Notes under the pieces: generated by a model | Told to the model about the DNA's origin: nothing | Seen by the model: only the letters and a program-made list of their open reading frames with translations | Databases searched by the model: none | Shown here: piece after piece, positions 47,741 through 58,747 of the stretch | Layout: the number at the start of each line of letters is the position of its first letter | Position numbering within the stretch: position 1 is the stretch's first letter | Source of the DNA: Candidatus Entotheonellaceae bacterium | GTDB taxonomy: Bacteria > Tectomicrobia > Entotheonellia > Entotheonellales > Entotheonellaceae | Direction: 5' to 3' | NCBI GenBank assembly: GCA_965238075.1 | Contig: OZ250173.1 | Coordinates: 3,288,322 to 3,352,321 of the forward strand | Length of the DNA stretch: 64,000 nt | Program-made: the position numbers and the translations under genes

Positions 47741-49192
47741 ATGAAAGAGAACATTTCACGGCGCGATTTCCTACGGCGGTCGAAAGGCGCGGTTGCGGGT
47801 GTGGCCGCGGCCGGCATGATGGGTGGGTCGGGACAAATCAGCCAGGGAGCAGAGTCATACCGTGGCACCCCGTCTCAGGACACCACGTATCACGGTGCCC
47901 AAAAAGGGCCGCCTATGCGTCCGGCCTCGTTCGTTATCCAGAAAAAAGCAGAGTTGTCCGAGCCGAAAGGACCGCGAGCGGTCGTTGTGGGTGGCGGCTG
48001 GGGTGGGCTCACTATGGCCAAGCATCTCAAACTGCAGCGTCCGGAAATGGATGTCGTGCTTGTTGAGACCTATTCCGTCTTCATTTCTTGCCCCATCAGC
48101 AATTTGTGGTTGGCGGGGCTGGTCGATCAAGGATTTATTACCCACAGCTTTCTCGATGCGGCTGCAAACAACAACTACACCTTCCTCAACGCGACCGTTT
48201 TTGATGCGGATCGGGATAAACGCCGGGTTTACACGGACAAGGGGTACATTGATTACGACTATCTCGTCCTTGCTCCCGGCATCGACTATGACTACGATGC
48301 CATTGGTGTACACGACCTTGAGCAACAGCAGGCCTTGATGTTGCGTTATCCAGCGGCCTTCAAACCCGGTTCCGAGCATTTGACCTTGAAGGCCAAAATC
48401 GACAATTTCGAAGGCGGTTTGTTCGCGCTCACGGTGCCCAGCGGAAACTACCGTTGCCTGCCCGCTCCGTACGAGCGCGCTTGCATGATTGCTTCGGTCT
48501 TCAAGAGAAACAAAATTAAGGGGAAGGTGCTCCTTCTGGACCATAACCCGACGATCAAGATCAAACGGGAAGGTTTTGAAGCAGCCTTCCATGAGCTTTA
48601 TAAGGATTACCTGGAATACTACCCTTCCGTGAGTATCGTTGGGGTGGATGTTGAGAAGAAGACCATCATCGGCGAGTTCGACGACTATACCTTCGACGAT
48701 GCGGCCATTTATCCCCGCATCCGGGGTGCCAAGCTGATCGAGTCCTTGGGTTTGGTGAACAAATACAGCCCGCAGAAGGAGGCTTGGATTGACCAGTTCC
48801 ACAGCAACGTGGTGGGTGATGAGCGCGTGTATGTAATCGGTGATTCGCGCCCGACGGGTTTTTCCAAGAGCGGAAGTACAGCCCAAGAAGAGGCGAAATT
48901 CGTCGCCAGGGTTATTGCCGGAAGGATGAAAGGGCAAGAGATCAAGTGGGAGACGCCCTACACCAGTTGTTTCTCGATGGTGAACTCCGACCCCATGGAA
49001 GCCATTTATCTTGGTTTCAAATATCTCCCCCCGCAAGCCGGTATCACACCCATGGCGATGGAACGGGTCGTTGCCTTTTGGACCCATACGGGGGCAGCCT
49101 TTGCGTGGCGCGATCGGAAAATGGAGCGTAGCGAGGAGATGGGAGAAGCCATGCTTGAATGGGCAAGGGTCCACTACAACGAAATGTTCTAA
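47741..49192 (+). CDS. Flavocytochrome c sulfide dehydrogenase flavoprotein (FccB/SoxF family)
   Basis: SRRDFL, VVGGGWGG, SCPISN, YRCLPAPYER, IGDS, SKSG, TSCFS. Confidence 0.88.
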   Translation: MKENISRRDFLRRSKGAVAGVAAAGMMGGSGQISQGAESYRGTPSQDTTYHGAQKGPPMRPASFVIQKKAELSEPKGPRAVVVGGGWGGLTMAKHLKLQRPEMDVVLVETYSVFISCPISNLWLAGLVDQGFITHSFLDAAANNNYTFLNATVFDADRDKRRVYTDKGYIDYDYLVLAPGIDYDYDAIGVHDLEQQQALMLRYPAAFKPGSEHLTLKAKIDNFEGGLFALTVPSGNYRCLPAPYERACMIASVFKRNKIKGKVLLLDHNPTIKIKREGFEAAFHELYKDYLEYYPSVSIVGVDVEKKTIIGEFDDYTFDDAAIYPRIRGAKLIESLGLVNKYSPQKEAWIDQFHSNVVGDERVYVIGDSRPTGFSKSGSTAQEEAKFVARVIAGRMKGQEIKWETPYTSCFSMVNSDPMEAIYLGFKYLPPQAGITPMAMERVVAFWTHTGAAFAWRDRKMERSEEMGEAMLEWARVHYNEMF

Positions 49193-49250
49193 AGGATAAA
49201 GCAACGTGGTTTTGAGTAATCCTCGCATGGGTGAGGGTAAGATTAACCCC

Positions 49251-49279
49251 TTGACAAACGTGCGGAGGGTATGCACGAT
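49251..49279 (+). promoter_or_regulatory. Possible sigma70 promoter for the iorAB-like genes
   Basis: TTGACA-17 bp-CACGAT with a TG just upstream of the -10. Confidence 0.3.
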
Positions 49280-49463
49280 ACGGAGGTGTCACTGAGAAAC
49301 TGAGCCGCAAGGTTAAGTGGAAGAGGAACGCCTATAATTCCTGAATGTGACGTCGATGGGAGTGGCACCCACTGTCGGCCGGGTCTCCCCCAAGGTGGAG
49401 GCAAGGGCGGCGCGGGATTTGCCAAACGCGCTTGGCGCGCCAAGAAAGGGAGAGGTCAGGTTT

Positions 49464-49916
49464 ATGAACATAACACTTACGGTAAACGGGAAGACGAGCA
49501 CGATAGATGTGGATCCCGGGACGCCTCTCATGTGGATTCTCAGAGAGCAGATGGGGTTGACGGGAACCAAATACGGCTGTGGTATTGGAGAGTGTGGTGC
49601 TTGCACGGTTCACATGAACGGAGAACCGGTGAAGTCCTGTGACAAGGCCGTCGGCAAGTCTCTGAACGCGGATATCGTCACGATCGAGGGTCTTGGCGCC
49701 AATGGCCTCCATCCGGTGCAGCAGGCTTTCATCGACGACAACACGTCGCAGTGCGGCTGGTGTATTCCTGGGCAGATCATGGCAGCGGCCTCCTTGTTGG
49801 CGAACAATCCGGAGCCGACGGATCGCGACATCGACTTGGCGATGAAGGATCAACTGTGCCGGTGCGGTGCTTACACGCGCATCCGCTCCGCCATCCACCG
49901 GGCCGCCAAGGCTTAA
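49464..49916 (+). CDS. [2Fe-2S] small subunit of an isoquinoline/aldehyde oxidoreductase (IorA-like)
   Basis: [31 protein letters not shown]. Confidence 0.95.
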   Translation: MNITLTVNGKTSTIDVDPGTPLMWILREQMGLTGTKYGCGIGECGACTVHMNGEPVKSCDKAVGKSLNADIVTIEGLGANGLHPVQQAFIDDNTSQCGWCIPGQIMAAASLLANNPEPTDRDIDLAMKDQLCRCGAYTRIRSAIHRAAKA

Positions 49917-49934
49917 GAAGAGGAGTACTGCGAG

Positions 49935-52142
49935 ATGAGTCAAGCCATGGAAATGAAACGCCGAACCTTCATTCAGTCCGTTGCGACGGTCGGCGGCGCT
50001 CTCGTTGTGGGCTTTCATCTGCCCTCGCGTTACGCCTCGGCCGCGACCGACGTGCCTGAACTGAATGCCTGGGTGCACGTCGCCCCGGACAACACGGTCA
50101 CCCTGCGCGCCAGCCAGAGCGAGATGGGTCAGGGCCCCACCAACGGTAACTTGATGATGTTTGCCGAGGAAATGGAGTGCGCCTGGCCGGTGAGCTTTGA
50201 GTTCGGTTCCGGTCGTCCCGAGTACATCAATCCCCTGGCCGGTCTGCAGCTTACCGGCGGTAGCACGGCTACGCCTGGTTTCTGGGACGTGATGCGCAAG
50301 GCCGGGGCGCAGACCCGTCACATGCTGATCAACGCCGCTGCCAAGCAGTGGGGTGTGAGCGCGGACGAGTGCAGTGCCCGCAACAGCGTGGTGACGCATG
50401 CCGGCAGCGGCATGTCGGCCACGTTCGGCGAGCTCGCAGCGGCTGCGGCCCAGGAGACGCCGCCGGAAGAGCCGACTCTGAAGACGCCGGACCAGTTCCG
50501 CCTGATCGGTCGCGCGACCCAGCGCCTGGACAGCAAGATGAAGGTGACGGGCGAGGCGATTTACGGCATGGACGTCTCGGTTCCCGGCATGGTCGTGGCG
50601 GCGATCCGGCACGCCCCGTTTGGCGGTAAAATCGCCGGCTACGACGAGGCGGCGGCGAAGGCCGTTCCCGGTGTGCACGACGTGCTCGAAATTGGGCAGG
50701 CCGTCTATCCTGAGAACAGTGTGCCTTGCTTGATCGTCACCGCTGACACGTACTGGCAGGCCGAGGAGGGTCTGAAGGCTGCCAATCCGACCTTTGACGG
50801 CAATGGCTGGGCTGACCTTGACAGCGCCCAGATTGCCAAGGCCTTTGCCGAAGGTGCCGAGGAAGCGGGTGCCTTGGGGCGTGTCGACGGCGATTTCGAC
50901 GCTGCCATTGCCTCGGCTGACAAGGTCGTGGAAGCCATGTACGAGGTGCCGTACCTCAGCCACTCGCCGCTGGAGCCGATGAACTGCCTGGCCGATTACC
51001 GCGGCGATTCCCTGGAAATCTGGGCTGCGACGCAGAATCCGGGCGGCGGCTACATCATGGCCGAGAAGCTCAGCGGATTGCCGCAGGACAAGATCAAGAT
51101 CCATGTCACCTTCTTGGGCGGCGGCTTCGGGCGCCGTGTCGAGGTGGACTATCTTGAGCAGGCCGTCGAGGCGTCCATGAAGCTGAAGAAGCCGGTCAAG
51201 TTGATCTGGTCGCGTGAGGAAGACATGCAGAACAACTTCCACCGCCCGGCCTACTTGGCCAAGATGACCGCCGGTATCGATGCGGACGGCAAGCCGGTTG
51301 CCTGGCGGCACCGGAACGTCGGCCCCGGTATCTGGCTGTCACCTTACCGCTCCTCCAGGCTGAAAGACCTGTTTGCCGATTCCGACTTCCTGAAAGGCCA
51401 GCGCGAAAGCGGTGTCGACTTCCACGCCGTTCAAGGTGGCAAGGACATCGGCTACGACTTCGCCAACCTGCAGGTTTCCTGGGTGCAGAAGGACTTTCCG
51501 GTGCCCATCGTCTTCCTGCGCGGTGTCGGAAATACCATGAACTGCTTCTTCATCGAGTCCTTCCTCGATGAGGTTGCCGAAGCGGTCGGCAAGGATCCCT
51601 ATGAGCTGCGGCATGAACTGCTCGCCAAAGAGCCACGCATGCAGGCTGTTCTGGACCTCGCTGCCGAGAAGGCGGGATGGGGTAAGCCGCTACCGAAGGG
51701 CCATTACCAGGGTATCGCCTTCCACAACAGTTTCGACACGCCGTTTGCGGACGTGATCGAGATTTCGGTGCGCGGCGGTCGGCGCATCAAGATTCACAAG
51801 ATTGTTCGTGCTCTCGATTGCGGTATCGTCGTGAACCCGGATCAGGTAGAAGCGCAGTGCCAGAGCGGCGTGGTCTGGGGTCTCACCATGGCGATGTACA
51901 GCGAGCACACTGTCAAAGGTGCCAAGCTGGTTGAGAGCAATTTTGACAACTACCGCCTGCTGCGCATTTCGCAGATGCCGGAGGTGGAGGTGCACACGGT
52001 GAAGAACACCAATTCCCCGACCGGTATTGGGGAGCCGGTGTTCCATACGGTTACGCCGGCGCTCATCAACGCGCTCTATGGCGCGACGGGCAAGCGTGTC
52101 CGCTCCGTACCTCTGAAGAATAACGGCTTCAGCTTGGCGTAA
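49935..52142 (+). CDS. Xanthine oxidase-family molybdopterin subunit (IorB-like), Tat signal
   Basis: RRTF, SEMGQG, TGGS, LEPMNC, GGGFGRR, GIGEP. Confidence 0.95.
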   Translation: MSQAMEMKRRTFIQSVATVGGALVVGFHLPSRYASAATDVPELNAWVHVAPDNTVTLRASQSEMGQGPTNGNLMMFAEEMECAWPVSFEFGSGRPEYINPLAGLQLTGGSTATPGFWDVMRKAGAQTRHMLINAAAKQWGVSADECSARNSVVTHAGSGMSATFGELAAAAAQETPPEEPTLKTPDQFRLIGRATQRLDSKMKVTGEAIYGMDVSVPGMVVAAIRHAPFGGKIAGYDEAAAKAVPGVHDVLEIGQAVYPENSVPCLIVTADTYWQAEEGLKAANPTFDGNGWADLDSAQIAKAFAEGAEEAGALGRVDGDFDAAIASADKVVEAMYEVPYLSHSPLEPMNCLADYRGDSLEIWAATQNPGGGYIMAEKLSGLPQDKIKIHVTFLGGGFGRRVEVDYLEQAVEASMKLKKPVKLIWSREEDMQNNFHRPAYLAKMTAGIDADGKPVAWRHRNVGPGIWLSPYRSSRLKDLFADSDFLKGQRESGVDFHAVQGGKDIGYDFANLQVSWVQKDFPVPIVFLRGVGNTMNCFFIESFLDEVAEAVGKDPYELRHELLAKEPRMQAVLDLAAEKAGWGKPLPKGHYQGIAFHNSFDTPFADVIEISVRGGRRIKIHKIVRALDCGIVVNPDQVEAQCQSGVVWGLTMAMYSEHTVKGAKLVESNFDNYRLLRISQMPEVEVHTVKNTNSPTGIGEPVFHTVTPALINALYGATGKRVRSVPLKNNGFSLA

Positions 52143-52168
52143 GTCGGGCTTGAGGTAGTACCGTGATG

Positions 52169-52207
52169 TCCGGCGGCCGCTCCTACGGGGCGGCCGCCGG
52201 ATTCGTT
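52169..52207 (+). terminator. Rho-independent terminator-like hairpin
   Basis: TCCGGCGGCCGC...GCGGCCGCCGGA then TTCGTTT. Confidence 0.7.
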
Positions 52208-52249
52208 TGGAGTGCTTTGTTCTTTGTGGAAAGCTGACAAGGTCGCCAC

Positions 52250-52690
52250 ATGCGCCGTCTGTTAATCCGATTACTTGCTGTTTCCCTTCTCGCAGTCTTT
52301 TTGACCTCCCCTTCCTTGGCCGCGGAATCCCTCACCGAAGACGACAAAGTACGTTTTCTGGAATCCATCTGCCAAAACGTGCAGCGGGAGAGTCGTTGTA
52401 TCAACAGCGGAAAGCTCGTCCTTGCGCTCTCCATTGGCTGGATCATGTTCGAAGGTTGTTCGGTTTCCGGTGAAGTTGAAACGATGGTCGCGTGTTTTGA
52501 CAAAGCCTCGTTGCTGGCTGCGGAGCTAACCGGGGATCAGGAGTTCCACAAACAGTATCGTCACTGCCATCGTTTTCAAGGCGATCATAACGAAGATGCG
52601 ATCGTACGCTGTTATCGAGAAGGCTTTAAGTACAGTGTTCACACACTCGAGAAATATCAGGGTGAAAGCGCTGTGCCTTCATCCGACTAG
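52250..52690 (+). CDS. Secreted hypothetical protein with six Cys
   Basis: Signal peptide ending SLA-A; 146 aa. Confidence 0.65.
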   Translation: MRRLLIRLLAVSLLAVFLTSPSLAAESLTEDDKVRFLESICQNVQRESRCINSGKLVLALSIGWIMFEGCSVSGEVETMVACFDKASLLAAELTGDQEFHKQYRHCHRFQGDHNEDAIVRCYREGFKYSVHTLEKYQGESAVPSSD

Positions 52691-52794
52691 AACTTGCGTA
52701 TCGACGGGTTTTGAGCCCCAACGTTACGTCCCCCTTCCCTCCCCCCAGATTTAATGTGGCCCCTGCTCAATTATTGTGAAAGGCGCGCTCTCTG

Positions 52795-53523
52795 ATGGTA
52801 ACGCCTGCGGAACCTCATATCCTGAACACGGGCCTGTTGGCGCGCATGCAACAGGTGCGTTCGATATTGTTCCGTCTTGTGATCGTGTTCCTGGGCACGA
52901 GTTTGCTGGCCTACCCGTTTGCCTCACATCTGCTGGGTTGGCTGGCCCGACCGCTGGGGATGAAATTGGTCATGTACGCCCCTATGGAGGGATTCCTGGG
53001 CCACATCACCGTCGCGTTGGCGACGGGTTTTTGTCTGTCGGCGCCGTATATCCTGTACACCCTTGGCCGCATGTTGCGCGCCATGGGCCTGTCGGCTGCT
53101 ATGACGCGACGTTGTACGGTAGCTGCCGGAGGGCTTTTCCTGGTGGGGGCGAGCTTTTGTTACTTCGTTGTTTTGCCCGTTACGCTTCGCTTCTTGCTCA
53201 GCTTTGGCGGAGAGAGCTTGGACACCGGCATTGCGGTGAGCAGGTATCTCTGGCTGACGCTAGGCTTGTCTGCTACTTGCGGATGCCTTTTTGAACTGCC
53301 GCTGGTGGTCGTCATCCTGCACACGATGGGCCTGCTTTCGCGCGAAGTCCTGACACAGAACCGGCGGTACGCGATGCTGGCCAGCGCCGTGCTCACGGCT
53401 ATTCTGACCCCTACCCCGGACGCCTTCACCATGAGCGCCCTGCTGCTGCCACTGATCGCCTTGTACGAGGTGAGCATCATCTTGGTGCGAATAGCGGAAG
53501 CAAGACAGGGACCCGAGTTCTAA
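52795..53523 (+). CDS. tatC: Twin-arginine translocase subunit TatC
   Basis: PMEGF, FCYFVVLP, FELP, AILTPTPD, LYEVSI. Confidence 0.9.
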   Translation: MVTPAEPHILNTGLLARMQQVRSILFRLVIVFLGTSLLAYPFASHLLGWLARPLGMKLVMYAPMEGFLGHITVALATGFCLSAPYILYTLGRMLRAMGLSAAMTRRCTVAAGGLFLVGASFCYFVVLPVTLRFLLSFGGESLDTGIAVSRYLWLTLGLSATCGCLFELPLVVVILHTMGLLSREVLTQNRRYAMLASAVLTAILTPTPDAFTMSALLLPLIALYEVSIILVRIAEARQGPEF

Positions 53524-53535
53524 AGACTCGTCCCC

Positions 53536-54594
53536 CTACTCCTTCAAGACGGTTTCCCTATCAGAATCCGCGTAAGACTTGAGCCGTCCCGCCAACAGTT
53601 CTGCAAACGGCGTTGTGACCTCCATCCGTTCGAAAATAATCTTCAGAATTGCGGTGATGGGCGTCGCCAAAAACATCCCGACGATGCCCCAAAGCGTGCC
53701 CCAGAGGATCAAGGCGAGGAGTAGTGTGACAGGATGCAGATCGAGGGACTTTCCCATAAGTTTCGGATCCACGATGTTCCCAATGATGAACTGAATCACC
53801 AACGGCACCACAATGGCCAACACCCTCGCCGTAGGGGTGAGCTCTGGGCTTACCAGCACCACGGGCAGAGGCAGGAGCGTGGCCACGATCGATCCCAGAC
53901 TAGGGATAAAGTTAAGCAGAAAGGCAAAGACGCCGAAGACCAATGCGAGGTCGACGCCAAGAAGGACCAGGGTGAGTCCAACAAGCACGCCAGTCAGTGC
54001 GGATACCAGCGCCTTAACAATGATGTAGCGTTGGATACGAGACTGCACTTCCCCCCAGAATCCAGCCCGGGCCATCTCCAGGCCCGTGCTGCCGACCAGC
54101 ATGAAGGCGACAAATATCATCACCAGCAGACCGCTCGACACCCAGCCCAGGAGTTCCCTTGTCACCGTCAGCAGCATGCTGCTGACCGTCGTGAGGGAAA
54201 TATCGGATAAGGACTCAACGGCCTGTTCAATCTGCACGCCGAACCTTTCAAGTGGCAGGGCTGCCATGCCGGTGTCCAATAATTGCCCGAGTTGCTCTTG
54301 GTAGATATCCCCCCGCGCCGCCAATTGCGCTACGGAAATTGAAATCAGGCCGCCAACCAAACCCAGTATGACGAAACTTGCCAGCAGCGTGGCCAGCAGC
54401 GCGACGGATCTCGGCAGGTGCAGGTAACGCACCTGCAAATCGATGAGAGGCACCAAACCAAACGCGATGAGGGCGGCAAAAACAAACGGGACCATGACCC
54501 CGCGTAGCCAGAAGAGCGCCACGGCAATCGCCACCATGCTGACAATCAGTAGGCAAACTGTTTGGATCTGTTGTTCCTGTCCGGTGCCGTTCAT
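53536..54594 (-). CDS. AI-2E family transporter
   Basis: LNFIPSLG, PKLMGKSLDLHP, WGIVGMFLATP. Confidence 0.93.
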   Translation of the reverse strand: MNGTGQEQQIQTVCLLIVSMVAIAVALFWLRGVMVPFVFAALIAFGLVPLIDLQVRYLHLPRSVALLATLLASFVILGLVGGLISISVAQLAARGDIYQEQLGQLLDTGMAALPLERFGVQIEQAVESLSDISLTTVSSMLLTVTRELLGWVSSGLLVMIFVAFMLVGSTGLEMARAGFWGEVQSRIQRYIIVKALVSALTGVLVGLTLVLLGVDLALVFGVFAFLLNFIPSLGSIVATLLPLPVVLVSPELTPTARVLAIVVPLVIQFIIGNIVDPKLMGKSLDLHPVTLLLALILWGTLWGIVGMFLATPITAILKIIFERMEVTTPFAELLAGRLKSYADSDRETVLKE

Positions 54595-54606
54595 GTGGGT
54601 TCCTTA

Positions 54607-54927
54607 TTAACTTGGCTTCGGCGCCATGTACACCAGCAACACCAATCGCTCGTTGCTTGTGTTGGTGACTCCGTGCCCGACCCCCGAAGGCGCCATGACC
54701 GTGCTGCTCGTCCGGAGTTCTTCGCTTTCGCCGCCAATATGGAACGTGCCGCAACCCTCAAGAACGTAGTAAACCTTGTCGGAGCCAGCGTGAGCATGCA
54801 CCTTTTGCTGCTGCCCGGGTTCAAAACAATAGAGATCGCAGAACATACGGTCGGTCTCAAAGAGATTGACCTTGTTCATTTTCTCAGTGTTGAAAGCCTT
54901 GCAACTTGTCACGTGCCTGACGTCCAT
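54607..54927 (-). CDS. Cupin domain protein
   Basis: PGQQQKVHAH, YVLEG, APSGVGHGV. Confidence 0.88.
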   Translation of the reverse strand: MDVRHVTSCKAFNTEKMNKVNLFETDRMFCDLYCFEPGQQQKVHAHAGSDKVYYVLEGCGTFHIGGESEELRTSSTVMAPSGVGHGVTNTSNERLVLLVYMAPKPS

Positions 54928-55114
54928 GATTCACACCTCAGAAGCTGAGAAACGGGTGATAATTAGCGGGGGGATTCTCGCAAATCCCTTTGGGGATGTC
55001 TATCCATGGTTGGCATCGCTGTCATTCTCACGTCGGTGGCGCAGCCGTCCCCGCTGTTGTATCATCCCGCAACACTTGAAAAATGAACCGATTCAATCCT
55101 AATGCGAGATATTG

Positions 55115-55819
55115 ATGGCCAAGAAACCGATGCCGCGCGGGTCGAAGTCCCGGCGGTCCAACGCCAATCCATCCGCCAAGCGGCGCCAGAAGCTTATTTT
55201 GGGCGGTGTCATTCTGATTCTTGTCCTGGCTGCCGGCGTGGCAATTCGCTCCTGGCAGCAGCGGAATCTGCCGCTTCGCCTTCAGGGCGCCTTGGATAAT
55301 CATTACAGTAAGGGTGTGCCCGGCGCCCCTGTCGTGATGAAGGAATTCAGCGACTACACGTGACCCCACTGCAGGGCGCTCCAGGAGACGATGGAGCGCG
55401 TGCTTGCCCGGTTTGAGGGCGACGTGCAGTTGGTGTTGTATCCCTTCGCCCTGAATGCCACCAGCGAGGTCGCCACGCAGGCCGCTCTCTGTGCGGGCGA
55501 GCAGGGACAATTCTGGGAATTTCACCGCATGCTTTATGCCCGCCAGGAACAGTGGCGCCGTTTGCCCAGCCCCCGCCAACGCCTTCAGGAATTCGCCGAG
55601 GCTCTCGGGATTGATAACACCGCCCTCGCCAGTTGCGTGAAAAGCGGCCGCATGGAAAAGCTGATCAATGCCGACAAGGCGTACGGCCGCAGCCTTGGCG
55701 TGCGCAGTACCCCCACCGTCTTTATCAACGATAAGCGTATCGTTGGGGCGCAACGGGAAGGCGACTTCGTTCGTACCATCCGACAGGAGCTGGACCGTGC
55801 ACGACGGGAAGCGCAGTGA
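55115..55819 (+). CDS. DsbA/BdbD-like thioredoxin-fold protein with in-frame UGA (probable selenocysteine, UxxC)
   Basis: ORFs 55112-55363 and 55391-55819 share a frame: EFSDYT-TGA-PHC; GVRSTPTVFIN cis-Pro loop. Confidence 0.85.
55376..55399 (+). promoter_or_regulatory. Candidate bacterial SECIS hairpin
   Basis: GCGCTCCA-GGAGACGA-TGGAGCGC, a perfect 8-bp stem starting 12 nt after the UGA. Confidence 0.65.
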
Positions 55820-55868
55820 ACGGTCGCCCCTGCAGGCGTTAGGACAGCGTGTCAGAGCAGCGCCATGG

Positions 55869-56306
55869 GTGGCTGTCGCGGCACGGGTGCTTGTCGGCGG
55901 ACTGTTCGTGCTCTCGGGAATCAGCAAGATCGTTTTGCCCCACGGCGAGGTGATGGCGCTGGTGAAACAGTATCAGGTGATCCCCGACTTCCTTGTCTTT
56001 CCGATTGCTGCCGGGTTGCCGTGGCTCGAACTTGCTTCCGGCACGGCCTTGTGCATCGGTTTCCTGACGACGCCCGCGGCGTGGCTGGTCGGCGCCCAGC
56101 TGGTCAGCTTCAGTTTGCTCATGGTCGTGGTGTTGGTGGCGCAAATTCCCATAGAAGACTGCGGCTGCTTCGGGAATTTGGGGATTCGTGAGACGCCCCT
56201 GCACGTCCTTATCCGTGATCTCATTCTGCTGGGTATATTGGCCTCCGTGTTTGTTCGACGGCATGATGCCTGGAGCATCGACGCCTGGGCCGGTGAAACC
56301 GGCTGA
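55869..56306 (+). CDS. MauE/DoxX family membrane protein (start uncertain)
   Basis: SGISK, LPWLEL, DCGCFG, IRDL. Confidence 0.85.
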   Translation: MAVAARVLVGGLFVLSGISKIVLPHGEVMALVKQYQVIPDFLVFPIAAGLPWLELASGTALCIGFLTTPAAWLVGAQLVSFSLLMVVVLVAQIPIEDCGCFGNLGIRETPLHVLIRDLILLGILASVFVRRHDAWSIDAWAGETG

Positions 56307-56392
56307 ACGTTGTCTGCTCGTCCAGAAGGGGCCACGAGTGCCTGCCTCATTGGCGTTGGGGCTGTCCCAGGGAAATCCTTTCAGTGCCATAA

Positions 56393-57760
<1,368 letters not shown>

Positions 57761-57868
57761 GTCGCGCAGTTGGGCACGAAAAACAGATATCGGTTGCGGC
57801 TTGGCGCGTCGTCTCGGGGGGGCGGTAAAGGATACTCGTCCAAAATCCTAAGTGCCCGCGCACCCGCT

Positions 57869-58747
57869 TCACGCACCCAACCCAACCACGTCCAACGCCA
57901 CGTCTAGCGCCGCGGCGCTGTGCGTCAGCCAGCCAGCGGACAGTAGGTCGACACCGGCGGCGGCAACCTGACGGGCCGTGTCCGGCGTGATGCCGCCGGA
58001 GGCTTCGGTAAGGACACGGCCGCCGACCCGCCGCACAGCTTCGGCAAGCTGTTCCGGCGGCATGTTGTCCAGCAGGACAGCGTCAATACGGCACGTCAAC
58101 GCCTCTTCGAGCTGTGCCAAGGTGTCGACCTCCACCTCCACCTTGACCAGATGTCCCACTGCCGAGTGTACCCGGCGAACGGCCTCGGTGATGCCGCCGG
58201 CCACGACCAGGTGGTTGTCCTTGATGAGCACGGCGTCGTCCAGGCCGAAACGGTGATTGGCGCCGCCACCGCAGCGCACGGCGTATTTCTCCAGCAGGCG
58301 CATGCCAGGGGTGGTTTTGCGGGTACAAACGACGCGCGTGGCGTAGCCTTGCACGGCTTGCGCCAGACCCTGGGTGGCGCTGGCGATGCCGGACAGGCGT
58401 CCCAGAAAGTTGAGGGCGGTGCGTTCGGCGCTTAGCAGGCCGCGCGCCGAGCCACGAATAACGGCCAGTGTCTGGTCGGCCTCAACAACGTCGCCGTCGT
58501 GCCGGTGCCAGGAGATGTCAACGTCGGGGTCCATCAGGTGGAAGGCCGTGGCCGCCACCGGCAGGCCGGCCAGGCAGCCGCCGCGACGGGCCATCAGGTA
58601 GCCGGTGGCGCGGGCCTCCGGTGGCACGATGGCGTTGCTGGTGAGGTCGCCGGCACGCCCGAGATCCTCGACTAGGGCGGCGCGCACCAGTGGCTCATAT
58701 TGCAGGGGGTACAGAGGCAGGGGATTGGCGGTCGGCGCCGCGCTCAT
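57869..58747 (-). CDS. nadC: Nicotinate-nucleotide diphosphorylase (carboxylating)
   Basis: EDLGRAGDLT, CTRKTTPG, HRFGL, IKDNH, LLDNM, EASGG. Confidence 0.97.
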   Translation of the reverse strand: MSAAPTANPLPLYPLQYEPLVRAALVEDLGRAGDLTSNAIVPPEARATGYLMARRGGCLAGLPVAATAFHLMDPDVDISWHRHDGDVVEADQTLAVIRGSARGLLSAERTALNFLGRLSGIASATQGLAQAVQGYATRVVCTRKTTPGMRLLEKYAVRCGGGANHRFGLDDAVLIKDNHLVVAGGITEAVRRVHSAVGHLVKVEVEVDTLAQLEEALTCRIDAVLLDNMPPEQLAEAVRRVGGRVLTEASGGITPDTARQVAAAGVDLLSAGWLTHSAAALDVALDVVGLGA

